A program made the position numbers and the translations under genes. A DNA stretch of 63,958 nucleotides, filler included, from Octopus bimaculoides (lineage: Eukaryota), in the NCBI RefSeq assembly GCF_001194135.2. It is 6 parts of 6 records of this genome, joined end to end, with 100 filler letters (N's around TTAATTAATTAA, not from the genome) between each part and the next. Parts side by side here need not be neighbours in the genome. Positions count along the whole stretch, not along the records: positions 19,490 to 27,852 come from NC_068989.1; positions 27,953 to 55,693 come from NC_068997.1; 4 more parts are not named here. One strand, 5' to 3'. The notes below the pieces were generated by a model. It was given only the letters and a program-made list of their open reading frames with translations, searched no databases and was not told the DNA's origin. Positions within the stretch are counted from its first letter, which is position 1; the number at the start of each line of letters is the position of its first letter. Shown in pieces: positions 21,886 through 35,608 of this stretch.

Positions 21886-22608
21886 TAATAATAATAATAA
21901 TAAATAGATAAATAAATAGATGTTATGAAATCAATAGAAGACCAAGATTTGGTTATCAGAAAAATTCTAGACAAAGAGATTGAAATCAATAACATAGGCT
22001 AGCTGAATTACAGAACTGCCACAATTATTACCAAAAAAAACAAACAAATTGAGTTGGGGGGGGGGGATAGGAAATGGTAAATAGCATATTGTTGGCAAGA
22101 AATTTTTTTAAAAAGTACAAACCAATAATATTGGCATGAAAAAGAAGGGGAAAAAAAGACAGAAGAAAATTGGTCTAAGAAGAAAAAAAAAGAGCTTTGA
22201 ACTCATTGAAATGGATGGGCACTCAGTGGGGAAACAATGTAAGTGAAATGGTGAAATGATTCTCTACAAACGATAAAAGATTTCAAAAACAAAAGACAAA
22301 TTAAGAGAAATAATATATGCATTATCGTAGAGAATAAAATACTATTGGAAGTGGAAGGGAAGGCAATTCTCATATGAATACGGAATGGTTTCCAATCGGA
22401 GAAGCAGCAAAGAGGGTCAACAAACAACAACACAAGAAAAACAGAAGCCGAGGCATCACTGCGTGGTTAAGACATTCACCTCGAAACCAGACCAGTTCAG
22501 GTTCAATCTCACCTTGGGCAAGAGTCTTTCAAACTGATCAATGCCTTGTGAGTGAACTTACTAGACGGAAACTATGTGGAAGCTCATCGAGTAGGTGTGT
22601 ATAAATAT

Positions 22609-22845
22609 AAATTAGCCCTGTTTATAGATCTGCTATATAGTTTACATATACAGTATTTAAATTAGTAGCTGTAGATGAGTATATAAACAGATTGGCTGCT
22701 TGTTTCTCTGAGATTGGTCAAACTTATACAGATACCTCTGATGAGAGTCCAATAAGGCTTGAAAATAGATTAAAGCAGTTCATTTTTTTCCAATCAATGG
22801 AGAAACAGCTAAATTAGCCTTGTTTATATATATATCTACTATATA
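22609..22845 (+). mobile_element. Possible Penelope-like fragment with direct terminal repeat and degenerate hammerhead
   Basis: Direct repeat AATTAGCC(C/T)TGTTTATA...CT(G/A)CTATATAG at ~22609 and ~22812. CTGATGA-GAGTCC-AATAA-GGCTT-GAAA at 22738-22764. Confidence 0.4.
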
Positions 22846-22859
22846 GGTTTTATATATTC

Positions 22860-23052
22860 TTTTATTCTTTTACTTGTTGCACTCATTTGACTGCGGCCAT
22901 GCTGGAGCACCACCTTGAAGGGTTTTAGTAAAAGAAATTGACCCCAGGACTTACTCTTTGTAAGCCTGGTACTTATTCTATCGGTCTCTTTTGCTGAACC
23001 AGCATCAGTTATCAAGCGATGGCAGGGGACAAATACAGACACACATACACAA

Positions 23053-23089
<37 letters not shown>

Positions 23090-23400
23090 GCATACTTAAA
23101 AATGTCCTAGAATTATGAATTATATTACATATATAAATAAGAGTAGCCACCAAGGTGGATTCCTAATATGCTAGAATAAGACGCCAAATCACCTTACCAC
23201 AAAGCATATTAGGAATCCACCTTGGTGGCTATTCTTCTTATTTATATATATATATATAGTTTCAGTGTACCAAATCTATTCACAAGGCTTTAGTCAGCCC
23301 AAGGCTATAGAAAAAGACATTGCCTAAGGTGCCACGCAGTGGGACTGAACCCGGAACCATATGGTTGGGAAGCTAGCTTCTTATCACACAGCAACCCCTG
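22860..23400 (-). mobile_element. SINE family B copy with a hairpin MITE in its central (TA)n
   Basis: 3' half (GACTGCGGCCATGCTGGAGCACC) at ~22890 and 5' half (GGGACTGAACCCGGAACC) at ~23340, separated by a TA tract containing a 29-bp perfect inverted repeat. Confidence 0.75.
23130..23245. mobile_element. Short hairpin MITE embedded in TA repeats
   Basis: TAGCCACCAAGGTGGATTCCTAATATGCT (23144-23172) and its exact reverse complement (23203-23231), 30-bp spacer, TA-rich flanks. Confidence 0.7.
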
Positions 23401-24055
23401 TGCCTATATATATATTATTATCATCATCATCATTTATCATCCGTTTTCCATGCTGGCATGGGTTGGACAATTTGACTGGGGACTGGCGAACCAGATGGCT
23501 ACACCAGACTCCAATCTGATCTGGCAGAGTTTCTACAGCTGGATGCCCTTCCTAACGCCAACCACTCCGAGAGTGTAGTGGGTGCTTTTTANNNNNNNNN
23601 NNNNNNNNNNNNNNNNNNNNNNNNNNNNNNNNNNNNNNNNNNNNNNNNNNNNNNNNNNNNNNNNNNNNNNNNNNNNNNNNNNNNNNNNNNNNNNNNNNNN
23701 NNNNNNNNNNNNNNNNNNNNNNNNNNNNNNNNNNNNNNNNNNNNNNNNNNNNNNNNNNNNNNNNNNNNNNNNNNNNNNNNNNNNNNNNNNNNNNNNNNNN
23801 NNNNNNNNNNNNNNNNNNNNNNNNNNNNNNNNNNNNNNNNNNNNNNNNNNNNNNNNNNNNNNNNNNNNNNNNNNNNNNNNNNNNNNNTATATATATATAT
23901 ACAGGTCAAGACAGTCTCGTAACTTGCCTGAAGACCCCATACACCTAGAGGCAAAACTGAGTATCAAGAGATTAACTTGACCAAAATATCAATATTATTA
24001 ATCTCTACCATTAGTATCAAGTACTCTTTCTTCAGATAGTTAACACAAAATTAAT

Positions 24056-24094
<39 letters not shown>

Positions 24095-24690
24095 CGCGCG
24101 TTCCCCTTTGAATCACCTGACAACCTGCATTGAGTTCTTTTTCTTGTTTTTTTTGCACCCCAGTAACCAAACTTAAAATAAATACTGAGGTTGATTTCTT
24201 TAACTTAAACACTTCAAGGTTGCCCCCACATGGCCGAATGACTGAAACAAGTAAAGGAATAAATAATAGAACACATTTACTGAGAAGAACAAAGCTATTC
24301 CACTCTGGTGTATGTTAGCCTATGCACAAAGAAGCAAAACTAAATCACTTTGTTATCATTGTTAAAAGGCAACCCACCATATTAAATTATTCCACCTCAA
24401 AAGTCAAATCAACCCCAGGTAACCTAAACACTTTTACGAAAAGAGCTGGAACCTAGTTATAATTACTTAGAGATAAAAATATCTAGAATAATACTAAGTG
24501 CAATGCAGGTGATAGTAAATTAAAAGGAGCTATAATCATATACGTAAATAAGATACCAGGCTAATACAGACAAAGAATACGGCAATGTTGGGCAAAGCAG
24601 ATAAATCTCTAACTACAGCGAAGTACTGTCTATTTGTGTACAACAGTATGTTCTCAAATAACTATAGGCATGTAAAACAATCACATAACT

Positions 24691-24736
<46 letters not shown>

Positions 24737-24868
24737 CATACTCAAGTACATCATATAATCATAAAAAAATATTTATATATATATAAACTGCTCTTCACAT
24801 AATATGCTTATGTAGTTCTGTTATATAAATATATATATATACATAAATATATACACACNNNNNNNNNN

Positions 24869-24912
<44 letters not shown>

Positions 24913-26469
24913 AATTTGAATGTTGACTTTCGGAGGAACTTAGTGCTGAAGTGAAAACATGCGAGAGGAAACTGATAGCTATGATAATAATTTGAACCTA
25001 GAGATGTAACTAAATACATCCCATATTTTTGTTATGATAAACTACCAATTCTTCCAACCACTGGCCTAATGATGATGCTGCTGATGATGATCCTTTCTAT
25101 TATAGGCACAGGGCATGAAATTTTGAAGGGAAAAGTAAGTCAATTACATCAACCCCCAGTGCTTGGCACTTATGCCATCAGTCTCTTTCGCCAAACCATT
25201 AGGTTATGGGGATGTAAACAAACTAACACAGGTCGTCAAGTAGTAGGGAGACTAACACAAACACAAATGTCCAACCCATTAAATCAATACAAATCAACAC
25301 TTCAAGGTGGTGCCCCAGCAAGGCCACAGTCAATGAGTGAAACCAGTTAAAACATAAATGATAGAAAACACACACACACACACACAAGCAACTGTAACAA
25401 CAACTCAATAGACACTGCTGTTTTACACTTAGTTTTACATGACTGACCCTTCCCTTAGAGTGACTAGACAAACCCCTATTATCATCATACACCAGATGCT
25501 GGTCGGGATCAGTTCATCTGCTTTTCTTCCCTTCTTCCTACTTCAAGCTGCCCCCATCCCAACCTCTGACTTCACAATTCAAAACTACTTGGTTTACTTC
25601 GCTTTACAGTGAAAAATAGGGGTTAAAAAGAAGAACAACAATAACAAGGAAAATAGAAAGGGGACAATAAAAGGGACAGCTTTTAAAGGGGGACGCAGAC
25701 ATATTAGCAAGCTACAACTGTTGTAGACTATTCCCTATTCCACAGCTGGATAAATTTATCTTTTTCAGTTGTCAAAGCCCTTTTTTTTGTTGCTGGTGAT
25801 TCTCTGGTATGAAAGTAGTAACCAGGTCATGTAATATTTGTGCCAGGGATTATTCTCCAGAATACCATCTCCGTCACCACCCTGTCCCACAAAAGCACAC
25901 TGCCTCAGTATCATCACAAACACCACCACTACCACCCCCACTATCAACATCACAATATCACCACCAACACCAGTGGAACCATCACCAACACTGCATTATC
26001 ACATCCAATATCAACATTACAATCATTACATGTTAAATGCTTTTCATGTTGGCATGGGTTGGATGGTATAAGGTCACTTAAGTGAGTAGTAATAGCAGCG
26101 GAATCTTAAACTGCCATAACAAAAGGAAGGACACATTTGATAATGTAATATAAAGAGAATGATCGAAGCTTGGATGAATTTGACCATAAGGTTGATCTGT
26201 GGCTAAGCAAAAACAACACATGATTACCACTGCCAACACCAACACATCAAGAATTACCAGCCAAAGAAGGAGCCTTTTACGCAGTCATTCAACCTGCTAG
26301 AAATAGCAGGTAAATTGACATTCATGCGTTTAAATGTGTTAAGAGAATAAATATATCTTGTTTGAATTTGAATTGAATAAATATATTTTGTGTACACATG
26401 GAAACATTGCTTCACTTTGTTTCAGAATGAAAATGTGATTACAAAATCCAAATGAAATACATTTATAAA

Positions 26470-26790
26470 CAAAGGAGTGGCTGTGTGGTAAGTAGCTTGC
26501 TTACCAACCACATGGTTCTGGGTTCATTCCCACTGTGTGGCACCTTGGGCTAGTGTCTTCTACTATAGCCCCGGGCTGACCAAAGTCTTGTGAGTGGATT
26601 TGGTAGACAGAAACTGAAAGAAGCCTGTCGTATCATCATCATCATCGTTTAACGTCCGCTTTCCATGCTAGCATGGGTTGGACGATTTGACTGAGGACTG
26701 GTGAAACCGGATGGCAACACCAGGCTCCAATCTAATTTGGCAGAGTTTCTACAGCTGGATGCCCTTCCTAACACCAACCACTCAGAGAGT
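26470..26790. mobile_element. Family B SINE 5' half (plus) with a family C copy (minus) nested at its microsatellite
   Basis: GTGGCTGTGTGGTAAGTAGC...GAAAGAAGCCTGTCGTAT is followed directly by (CAT)n GTTTAACGTCCGCTTTCCATGC. Confidence 0.75.
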
Positions 26791-27677
26791 GTCATATATA
26801 TATATATGTATGTATGTGTGTGTATNNNNNNNNNNNNNNNNNNNNNNNNNNNNNNNNNNNNNNNNNNNNNNNNNNNNNNNNNNNNNNNNNNNNNNNNNNN
26901 NNNNNNNNNNNNNNNNNNNNNNNNNNNNNNNNNNNNNNNNNNNNNNNNNNNNNNNNNNNNNNNNNNNNNNNNNNNNNNNNNNNNNNNNNNNNNNNNNNNN
27001 NNNNNNNNNNNNNNNNNNNNNNNNNNNNNNNNNNNNNNNNNNNNNNNNNNNNNNNNNNNNNNNNNNNNNNNNNNNNNNNNNNNNNNNNNNNNNNNNNNNN
27101 NNNNNNNNNNNNNNNNNNNNNNNNNNNNNNNNNNNNNNNNNNNNNNNNNNNNNNNNAAAATATTACTGCAGTTATACATTCCCAATCCTACTCTGATTAA
27201 TCATTTGGTCAATCAATCAAGCATACAATTAGTTAATTGATTAAATGGTTAACTAATTGACTAATCATCATCATTTACTGTCTGATATTCCTGATGGCAT
27301 GGGTTGGACAGTTCGACAGGAGCTGATTAGGCAAAAGACAGAACCAGGTTTCAGTATCAGTTTTAGCACAGTCGTTACAGCTGGATGCTCTTCCTAACAC
27401 CAACCTAACGGAATAGACTGAGTATATTTTTACATGGCCTCAGCACTGGCAAGGTCTGTTTTGGTATGGTTTTTACAGCTGAATGCCCTTCCATGCCAAC
27501 CACTTTATCGTGTGAACTGGATGCTTTTTATGTAACCCCAGCACTGGCAGGGCCACCAAGTAACTTGTAAGACAAGGATCCTTCAAGACACTCCCAAGAT
27601 ACAACAAAATTCAATTAAACTTTTTATTTTTTTAAAAAAGTAATTTTTTTTTTTAAATCTCTGACAGTCAAAGTGAA

Positions 27678-27852
27678 GGCACATGGCTCAGTGGTTAGAG
27701 CGTCGAGCTTATGATCGTGAGGTTGTGAGTTCGAATCCCGGAACGGGCTACGTGTTGTGTTCTTGAGCAAGACACTTTATTTCACATTGCTCCAGTTCAC
27801 TCAGCTGTAGAAATGAGTTGCGACGTCACAGGTGCCAAGCTGTATCGGCTCC
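27678..27852 (+). mobile_element. tRNA-derived SINE head (fourth family) with A and B boxes
   Basis: TGGCTCAGTGG (27684-27694) and GTTCGAATCC (27729-27738), followed by TTCTTGAGCAAGACACTT core-like sequence; anticodon stem does not pair well. Confidence 0.75.
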
Positions 27853-28204
27853 NNNNNNNNNNNNNNNNNNNNNNNNNNNNNNNNNNNNNNNNNNNNTTAA
27901 TTAATTAANNNNNNNNNNNNNNNNNNNNNNNNNNNNNNNNNNNNNNNNNNNNATGACGACACTGATGCTATGCTATAACAACTCTTGCCTTTTACTTGAA
28001 CGATATCGGTGGCGGGGAGATGGGATATTTGCTTCATACCAAACTACTTGTCTTCCATTAATGAAATATAATTAAGTATATGAATAATCCTTGCCCAAAT
28101 CTGCGCCCTGGGGAGGATCTCGCCAAGTATAGATGTATGGTAGAATCTCATCGACAAGCGCCTTAGATGAATGTTTTTGTGCTTAATTCTTATTTGTCTT
28201 TGAG

Positions 28205-28950
28205 CTGGTCAGCTGGCGGAATGCTGAGCGGCATTTTGTCCATCTATACGTTTTGAGTTCAAATTCCGCCGAGGTCGACTTTACCTTTCATCCTTTCAGG
28301 GTCGATAAACTAAGTACAGGTTGAACACTGGGGTCAGTGTAATCGATTTACCCCCTCTCGCGAAATTATGGTCGTGTATCAAAAGTCGAAATCAATATTT
28401 GTTTGCACTTAAGGCACCGACCTGACAGAATCATTAGCATCCCGGGCAAAATGCTTCGCGGTATTTCATTTGTCTTTAGGTTCTGTGTTCAAATTCCACC
28501 GAGGTCAACTCTGCCTTTCGGGGTCCATAAAATAAGTATCAGTTGAGCATCAAGGTCGGCATAATCGAGCTAACCTCCACCCCCAGAATTGCTAACCTTG
28601 TACCAAAATTTGAAACCAATATTATCTTTGATGTTGATGTTGAACAGGGCATCAGGTTGGCGGATTCGTCAGCACGCCAGGTAAAATGCTTAGATGCAAG
28701 TCTTCTGAGTTCAAACGCTGCCAATGTTAACTATGCCTTTCATTCAGCGGTGATTTGGTAGAATCGTTAGCACTCCGGTCAAAATGCTTGGTGGTTTTTC
28801 ATCCGTCTTTACCTTGTGAGTTCAATTTTAATTGGGGTTCAATTTGCTCTTCATCCTCTCCAGGTCGATACACTAAGTATTATTGAAATACTGGGGGTCG
28901 AGATAATTAACAAACCATTAAAATTGCTAGTATTGTGCTAAAATTAGAAA
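28205..28950 (+). mobile_element. Cluster of several tandem degraded family A SINEs
   Basis: Repeated AAATGCT...GAGTTCAAATTCC...CCTTTC...GGGTC(G/C)ATAA motifs. Confidence 0.7.
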
Positions 28951-29965
28951 GAATTATTATTATTCTTTATTGAGAAATAGTAGGAAGAATTTACTTCTGG
29001 TGTTTCAGGAAATCCAGGACTATGTATCAGATGCCCTAATTTGATCTGTGTGATTGTTTCCCCATGTTGGAAACCTTCACTCGTTCTTAATCTATTTATT
29101 TTTTATCCACTGTTAGTTCTATCAATAATTTTCTGTTTAAAAAGCGGGTAGAATGGCACAGTATTTAAAGCCACGAACAATATAACCAGCTATTTTCCTT
29201 TACGTTGCACGATCAATTCCTGGCGGTGACCTTCGTATTTCTTCTTTGCGGGGGTCGATAAAAAAATTCAGTATTTAAGTACTGGAGAAGATTTGATAGA
29301 CTGNNNNNNNNNNNNNNNNNNNNNNNNNNNNNNNNNNNNNNNNNNNNNNNNNNNNNNNNNNNNNNNNNNNNNNNNNNNNNNNNNNNNNNNNNNNNNNNNN
29401 NNNNNNNNNNNNNNNNNNNNNNNNNNNNNNNNNNNNNNNNNNNNNNNNNNNNNNNNNNNNNNNNNNNNNNNNNNNNNNNNNNNNNNNNNNNNNNNNNNNN
29501 NNNNNNNNNNNNNNNNNNNNNNNNNNNNNNNNNNNNNNNNNNNNNNNNNNNNNNNNNNNNNNNNNNNNNNNNNNNNNNNNNNNNNNNNNNNNNNNNNNNN
29601 NNNNNNNNNNNNNNNNNNNNNNNNNNNNNNNNNNNNNNNNNNNNNNNNNNNNNNNNNNNNNNNNNNNNNNNNNNNNNNNNNNNNNNNNNNNNNNNNNNNN
29701 NNNNNNNNNNNNNNNNNNNNNNNNNNNNNNNNNNNNNNNNNNNNNNNNNNNNNNNNNNNNNNNNNNNNNNNNNNNNNNNNNNNNNNNNNNNNNNNNNNNN
29801 NNNNNNNNNNNNNNNNNNNNNNNNNNNNNNNNNNNNNNNNNNNNNNNNNNNNNNNNNNNNNNNNNNNNNNNNNNNNNNNNNNNNNNNNNNNNNNNNNNNN
29901 NNNNNNNNNNNNNNNNNNNNNNNNNNNNNNNNNNNNNNNNNNNNNNNNNNNNNNNNNNNNNNNNN

Positions 29966-29998
<33 letters not shown>

Positions 29999-30634
29999 TA
30001 CATATACATGTATGTATGTTCGTATGTATGTATATATAATCTTTCCAAAATCGAGAAAGACGAATATTGAAGAATACCATTCATAGAAATGGCAAAGAAT
30101 ATGCAGTCTACAGACATCTCCAAGAGTTGGCATCAGAAATCTCACCTTTCACACATCTTTTTCACCGTCATTATCATACGTCACAATTACCATGGAAACA
30201 AGACTTAGTGCTTATATATATATATATGGGGTGGCGTGGTGGGGAAGACGATAAGTGCATAAGGTTTGGTCGATAGAGCAGGAAAAGACATTAATATTGG
30301 CAGCATTATATGACGTTACTTTTCATTTTTTTTCTTAGTCTTTTCTTTCCCTTCTTTTTATTCTTATTTTGGTGGTTTTCAAATTTCTAAACATGTCCAA
30401 ACAGTTTTATTACACGTCTATATATACATATCAGCGCATATGTATATATACATATATGTATACATACACACATACGCATAAACATAAATACTTTCATGCA
30501 TGCATACATACATACATACATACATACATACATACATCCATCCATACAAGCATACACATCAACATGTTAGTTCGTATAAGCACAACATTGCGCCAACATT
30601 CCCTCGTAAAAGCTTGCGCATGTGCGCGTGTGTA

Positions 30635-30697
<63 letters not shown>

Positions 30698-30873
30698 TTA
30701 TTTATCTATCTATCTACACACATATACGAGCATCACGCGCTCCCCTTTCCGCATATAAATTCGCAATCACACACATATACACATGCACACACACACACAC
30801 GTGTTTCTTTAAAAAAACATCGTTTGCATATAACCTAAAAGATGAAGCAAAACTTTGGGGAAAAAAGAGATTG

Positions 30874-30913
<40 letters not shown>

Positions 30914-31685
30914 TTTGAAGATAGATAGATAGATAGATAGATATACGCATGCGTAAATTTTTACGTGGGAGAATTTGAGCAATTTTGTGCCTACACAGAC
31001 TCACGCGTTTACGTGTATGTGTGTGTGTATATATATATATATATATAACTTAAAGATCAGCTTACTAGGGAAAAGCAAACAAAATCCTTACGAACAGGTG
31101 CATAGTTGTTACTTAAAGGATTTAATTTCCCCGTGGGAGAAGAAGGAATGAATTTAACTGTATTCCAGCCTTGTTGCATTATCATAACGGAATGAAAATA
31201 CTCTCTACCTCCAAAGAGTTTCCTGCCTCATACGTGCCTATTAATAATATAAATATATATAATTTCCGACAGAGCTAAACTGGTCCATCAAATTTGCATA
31301 TCAGTATATATGGTTAGAACGTGGATTATTTATTTATTTATTTATTTATATATTACAATGAGCAATCTTGTTGCGTCTTATTCTTCGATAAAATGTAATG
31401 TATGATGTACCATTTTAAATATAGTTTTACTTAGGCCTAGCAATGAGAAGACATTGAATATTTAACAGATTGTGTGAGTGCGTGCGTGTGTGTGTGTGTG
31501 TGCGTGTGTGAAAATGGAGACATTACTCTCTTGTTCTCCAAAACATCTCTCACTTCTCGGCATTATCACCATGTGGTCCCTAATTTCTTGGGAGCTTATG
31601 TGACATTTGGCTACCCTGGTAACTGTTTTTTCTGGACCTTTCCTTGTAAATTAAACACACACACACACACACACACACACACGCG

Positions 31686-31747
<62 letters not shown>

Positions 31748-31748
31748 C

Positions 31749-31792
<44 letters not shown>

Positions 31793-32061
31793 NNNNNNNN
31801 NNNNNNNNNNNNNNNNNNNNNNNNNNNNNNNNNNNNNNNNNNNNNNNNNNNNNNNNNNNNNNNNNNNNNNNNNNNNNNNNNNNNNNNNNNNNNNNNNNNN
31901 NNNNNNNNNNNNNNNNNNNNNNNNNNNNNNNNNNNNNNNNNNNNNNNNNNNNNNNNNNNNNNNNNNNNNNNNNNTTTTCATGCGTGTGAAAAAGTGTGAG
32001 CGATCGTCGCTGATCTCACAACAACTAACAAGCAGTAAGCTGCAACGAACATCTGTATTAC

Positions 32062-32124
32062 CGAATGTCAACATTTTCCGGTTTATCTTCATCATCAAAT
32101 TTAATATCGGCCCCGTCGTAACAA
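32062..32124 (-). CDS. Candidate internal exon (63 nt), possibly CYDGADIKFDDEDKPENVDIR
   Basis: attctgtccctgctgttactgcag|TTGTTACGAC...GACATTCG|gtaata. Symmetric 63 nt, open in two phases; no homology recognised. Confidence 0.35.
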
Positions 32125-32144
32125 CTGCAGTAACAGCAGGGACA

Positions 32145-32189
<45 letters not shown>

Positions 32190-32499
32190 GTAGAACAACA
32201 ACGAGAGGTAGAACGTTAATGACGGTTTCGATATCACAGCAGACATCATTGAATACATTTCGCAAAGTTTCTCAACAGCTGCATAGAATTTTCGAGAATC
32301 ACAATTATGCGTGTTACACGAGTATTTGTGTGTGTGTGTGTGTGTGACGTTTGGGTGTGTGTATATATGCATGTTCGTGCGTATGAATGTCCGTATGCAT
32401 TTGGTTATAAAAGAACATATCAGTATACGTATGTATATATATCCATGTGTATTTGTCTATACTATTGTGTGTATATTTATGCATGCATATATATCTAGC

Positions 32500-32545
32500 T
32501 ATTTCTATCTCTGTCTCTCTGTCTATCTGTCTCTCTTTGTTTCTT

Positions 32546-32588
<43 letters not shown>

Positions 32589-32673
32589 ATATATATATAT
32601 ATATGTATTTATATATATATGTATATATATATGTATATATATATGTATATATATATATGTATATATATATATG

Positions 32674-32756
<83 letters not shown>

Positions 32757-32889
32757 ATATATATATATATATATGTAAATATATATATATATATATATAA
32801 ACATATATATATATATATGTGTATATATATATGTACATATATATCTATGTACATGCATATCTATGTATGTAGATAGCTAGATAGATAGT

Positions 32890-32933
<44 letters not shown>

Positions 32934-32949
32934 CAGATAGTTAGATAGT

Positions 32950-33007
<58 letters not shown>

Positions 33008-33010
33008 TTT
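32500..33010. repeat. Compound microsatellite (CT)n/(TA)n/(GATA)n
   Basis: Read directly; representative of dozens of such tracts, many bordering N gaps. Confidence 0.95.
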
Positions 33011-33780
33011 GTATAGTTGTGTGTACATCTGTAAAATAACTTTTCTTGGTAAGAGCCTTGCATTATTCACCCGTTGGCACTACTAAAACGGTGAAATGGA
33101 CCCGAAACACAATGTTATATTCCTATACTGGTTTCCTTGGAAACAGCACGGCCCCTTGACTATGATAAATCCATTAGGAGCAAATCAATGATTTTAGTGA
33201 TTTTTGTTGTTGTTGTTGTTTTTATTGTTGCTGCTAGTACTGCTGCTACTGATGTTTTTGTTGTTGTTCTTGTTCTATTCGAAAAGCAGTAAGCGATTTA
33301 GAAATAGATCTTAGAGAATTTAGCTGATTTTGGTGACCGATGTCTAATAATGTTTTGGTAGTGGTTGTGGTGGTGGTGGTGGTGGTGGTGGTGGTTTTCC
33401 TGGTGCTGAAGATAATGGTGGTGGTGATAGTGATGGTGGTGGCAGACATTGCTAATAGTGGTAGTGATGGTGTGGTAGTAGTTGTGGCAGACGGGTGTTA
33501 CAAATGATAGTGGATTTGGTTATGGCGATGTTGGAACTTACCAGTAGCGGCAATTATCGCACATAGGTAGTTGCAGCGGTGGCAGCAGTGGTGGCGGCGG
33601 CAGCGGCGTAGTGGTGAAGGAAGAACGTTTAGTGGTGGTGGTGGCGCTGGTGGTTGTCATGGTGTTTAGTGGTTCCAGTAGCAGTGGTATGTAATTAGTA
33701 GTGTTGATGATGACGATGCATATGTAGTTTGAGTGGTATTGGTGGTGCTGGCGATTGTGGTGGTGGTTGTAGTGGTAGTG

Positions 33781-33829
<49 letters not shown>

Positions 33830-34374
33830 AAGTTGTATTTGCTGCTGCTGTTGCTGTTATTAATGATGATGATGATGATGATGATGTTTAGTACCAGGTC
33901 AGACGTAATGCAGCACAATTATGGTCAAGAGTATTCCAGTTCTGACCATCACGTCATTTTTATTTGTCTTTCGGTTTGCAAGTACATGATCAATAGCGCA
34001 CTTCCTTTATTTGAGGCAGTATATTGTAATTTAAGGGATATTAGGCTACTAATTTTGGCTGGTCAAGCGACCTCGTGGGAACACCCTTGTTCATTTCTTT
34101 GTAGTCACTGATATTATCATAGCCTCTGGTCAGTCTCGATCCAGCAGTTCTACGACGCACAAATAGAACCAGAGGACGATGATGTGTGATTCACATAACG
34201 CTCTTCCTAATTTTAGCCGGTCTCTGTGTATCAGGTGACCATATTGCACGCTCTGATATACAAGAATACGCGGTGGTATTCATCTCAGCACTGTTTGGTG
34301 CTAGTGGAGCTATGGATGTCGCTGGTCTTTCTTTATGTATATTTTCGGTAATTATATTTATATTGAACAGTAGA

Positions 34375-34545
34375 CGATTTTTGGATAAAATTTTTCGGAC
34401 GATTTTCGATAAAAAATTTTCAGTCGATTTTTCGGCAAAAATATTTCGGGCGATAATCGACTAAAATTTTTCGGACGATTTTCGATTAAAATTTTTCGGT
34501 CGATTATCGACTAAATTTTTTCAGACGATTTTAGTCATTTAGGAT
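34375..34545. repeat. CpG-rich ~25-bp minisatellite x ~6.5
   Basis: Units such as GACGATTTTCGATTAAAATTTTTCG. Confidence 0.85.
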
Positions 34546-35278
34546 GCCGTCGCAGTAGTTTAGTGTTCCACAGTATTGAATATGTATCTATGGGATACGT
34601 TTCATGTGGAAGTGTGAAGTTTGAAACTATCCGTAACCAAAAATGGTAAATAAATAGGCATGGCTGTATGGTAAGAAGCTTGCATCCCAACCACATGGTT
34701 CCGGGCTGAGTCCCACTGCGTTACATCTTGGTCGTGTGTCTTCATCTATAGACTCTAAAGCCTTGTGAGTGGATTTGGTTGACGGAAACTGAAGGAAGCC
34801 CGTCGTGTATATATATATATATATATATANNNNNNNNNNNNNNNNNNNNNNNNNNNNNNNNNNNNNNNNNNNNNNNNNNNNNNNNNNNNNNNNNNNNNNN
34901 NNNNNNNNNNNNNNNNNNNNNNNNNNNNNNNNNNNNNNNNNNNNNNNNNNNNNNNNNNNNNNNNNNNNNNNNNNNNNNNNNNNNNNNNNNNNNNNNNNNN
35001 NNNNNNNNNNNNNNNNNNNNNNNNNNNNNNNNNNNNNNNNNNNNNNNNNNNNNNNNNNNNNNNNNNNNNNNNNNNNNNNNNNNNNNNNNNNNNNNNNNNN
35101 NNNNNNNNNNNNNGAAGACAGGTGGTGTAGACAGCAAACAGATGTATTAGTATAACGCTCGGGAACTGAAAAAGTCTTTAACGTTTCGAGCCTACGCTCT
35201 TTCACAGAAATGAACACAGTAAGAAGCAAGGAGAGAAAATAAAAGAATGTGTAGTGGCTAGCGATCTATCATGGCGAC

Positions 35279-35356
<78 letters not shown>

Positions 35357-35487
35357 CATATACAGGTTGAAAAGTGTGGGTAAGAGAATGGAATGCGTGG
35401 TGCTCTATTTGAGAAATTGCCGGTTCTGAAAGTATTCTTGTCGTATGCAATGAGATTGCCAGCCAACCTTTTGCCTGTGATGATGTT

Positions 35488-35608
<121 letters not shown>

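Noticed and set aside
27678-27760. Possible tRNA gene
   Set aside because: A and B boxes are present, but the anticodon and acceptor stems pair poorly and it runs into a SINE core; it is a SINE head.
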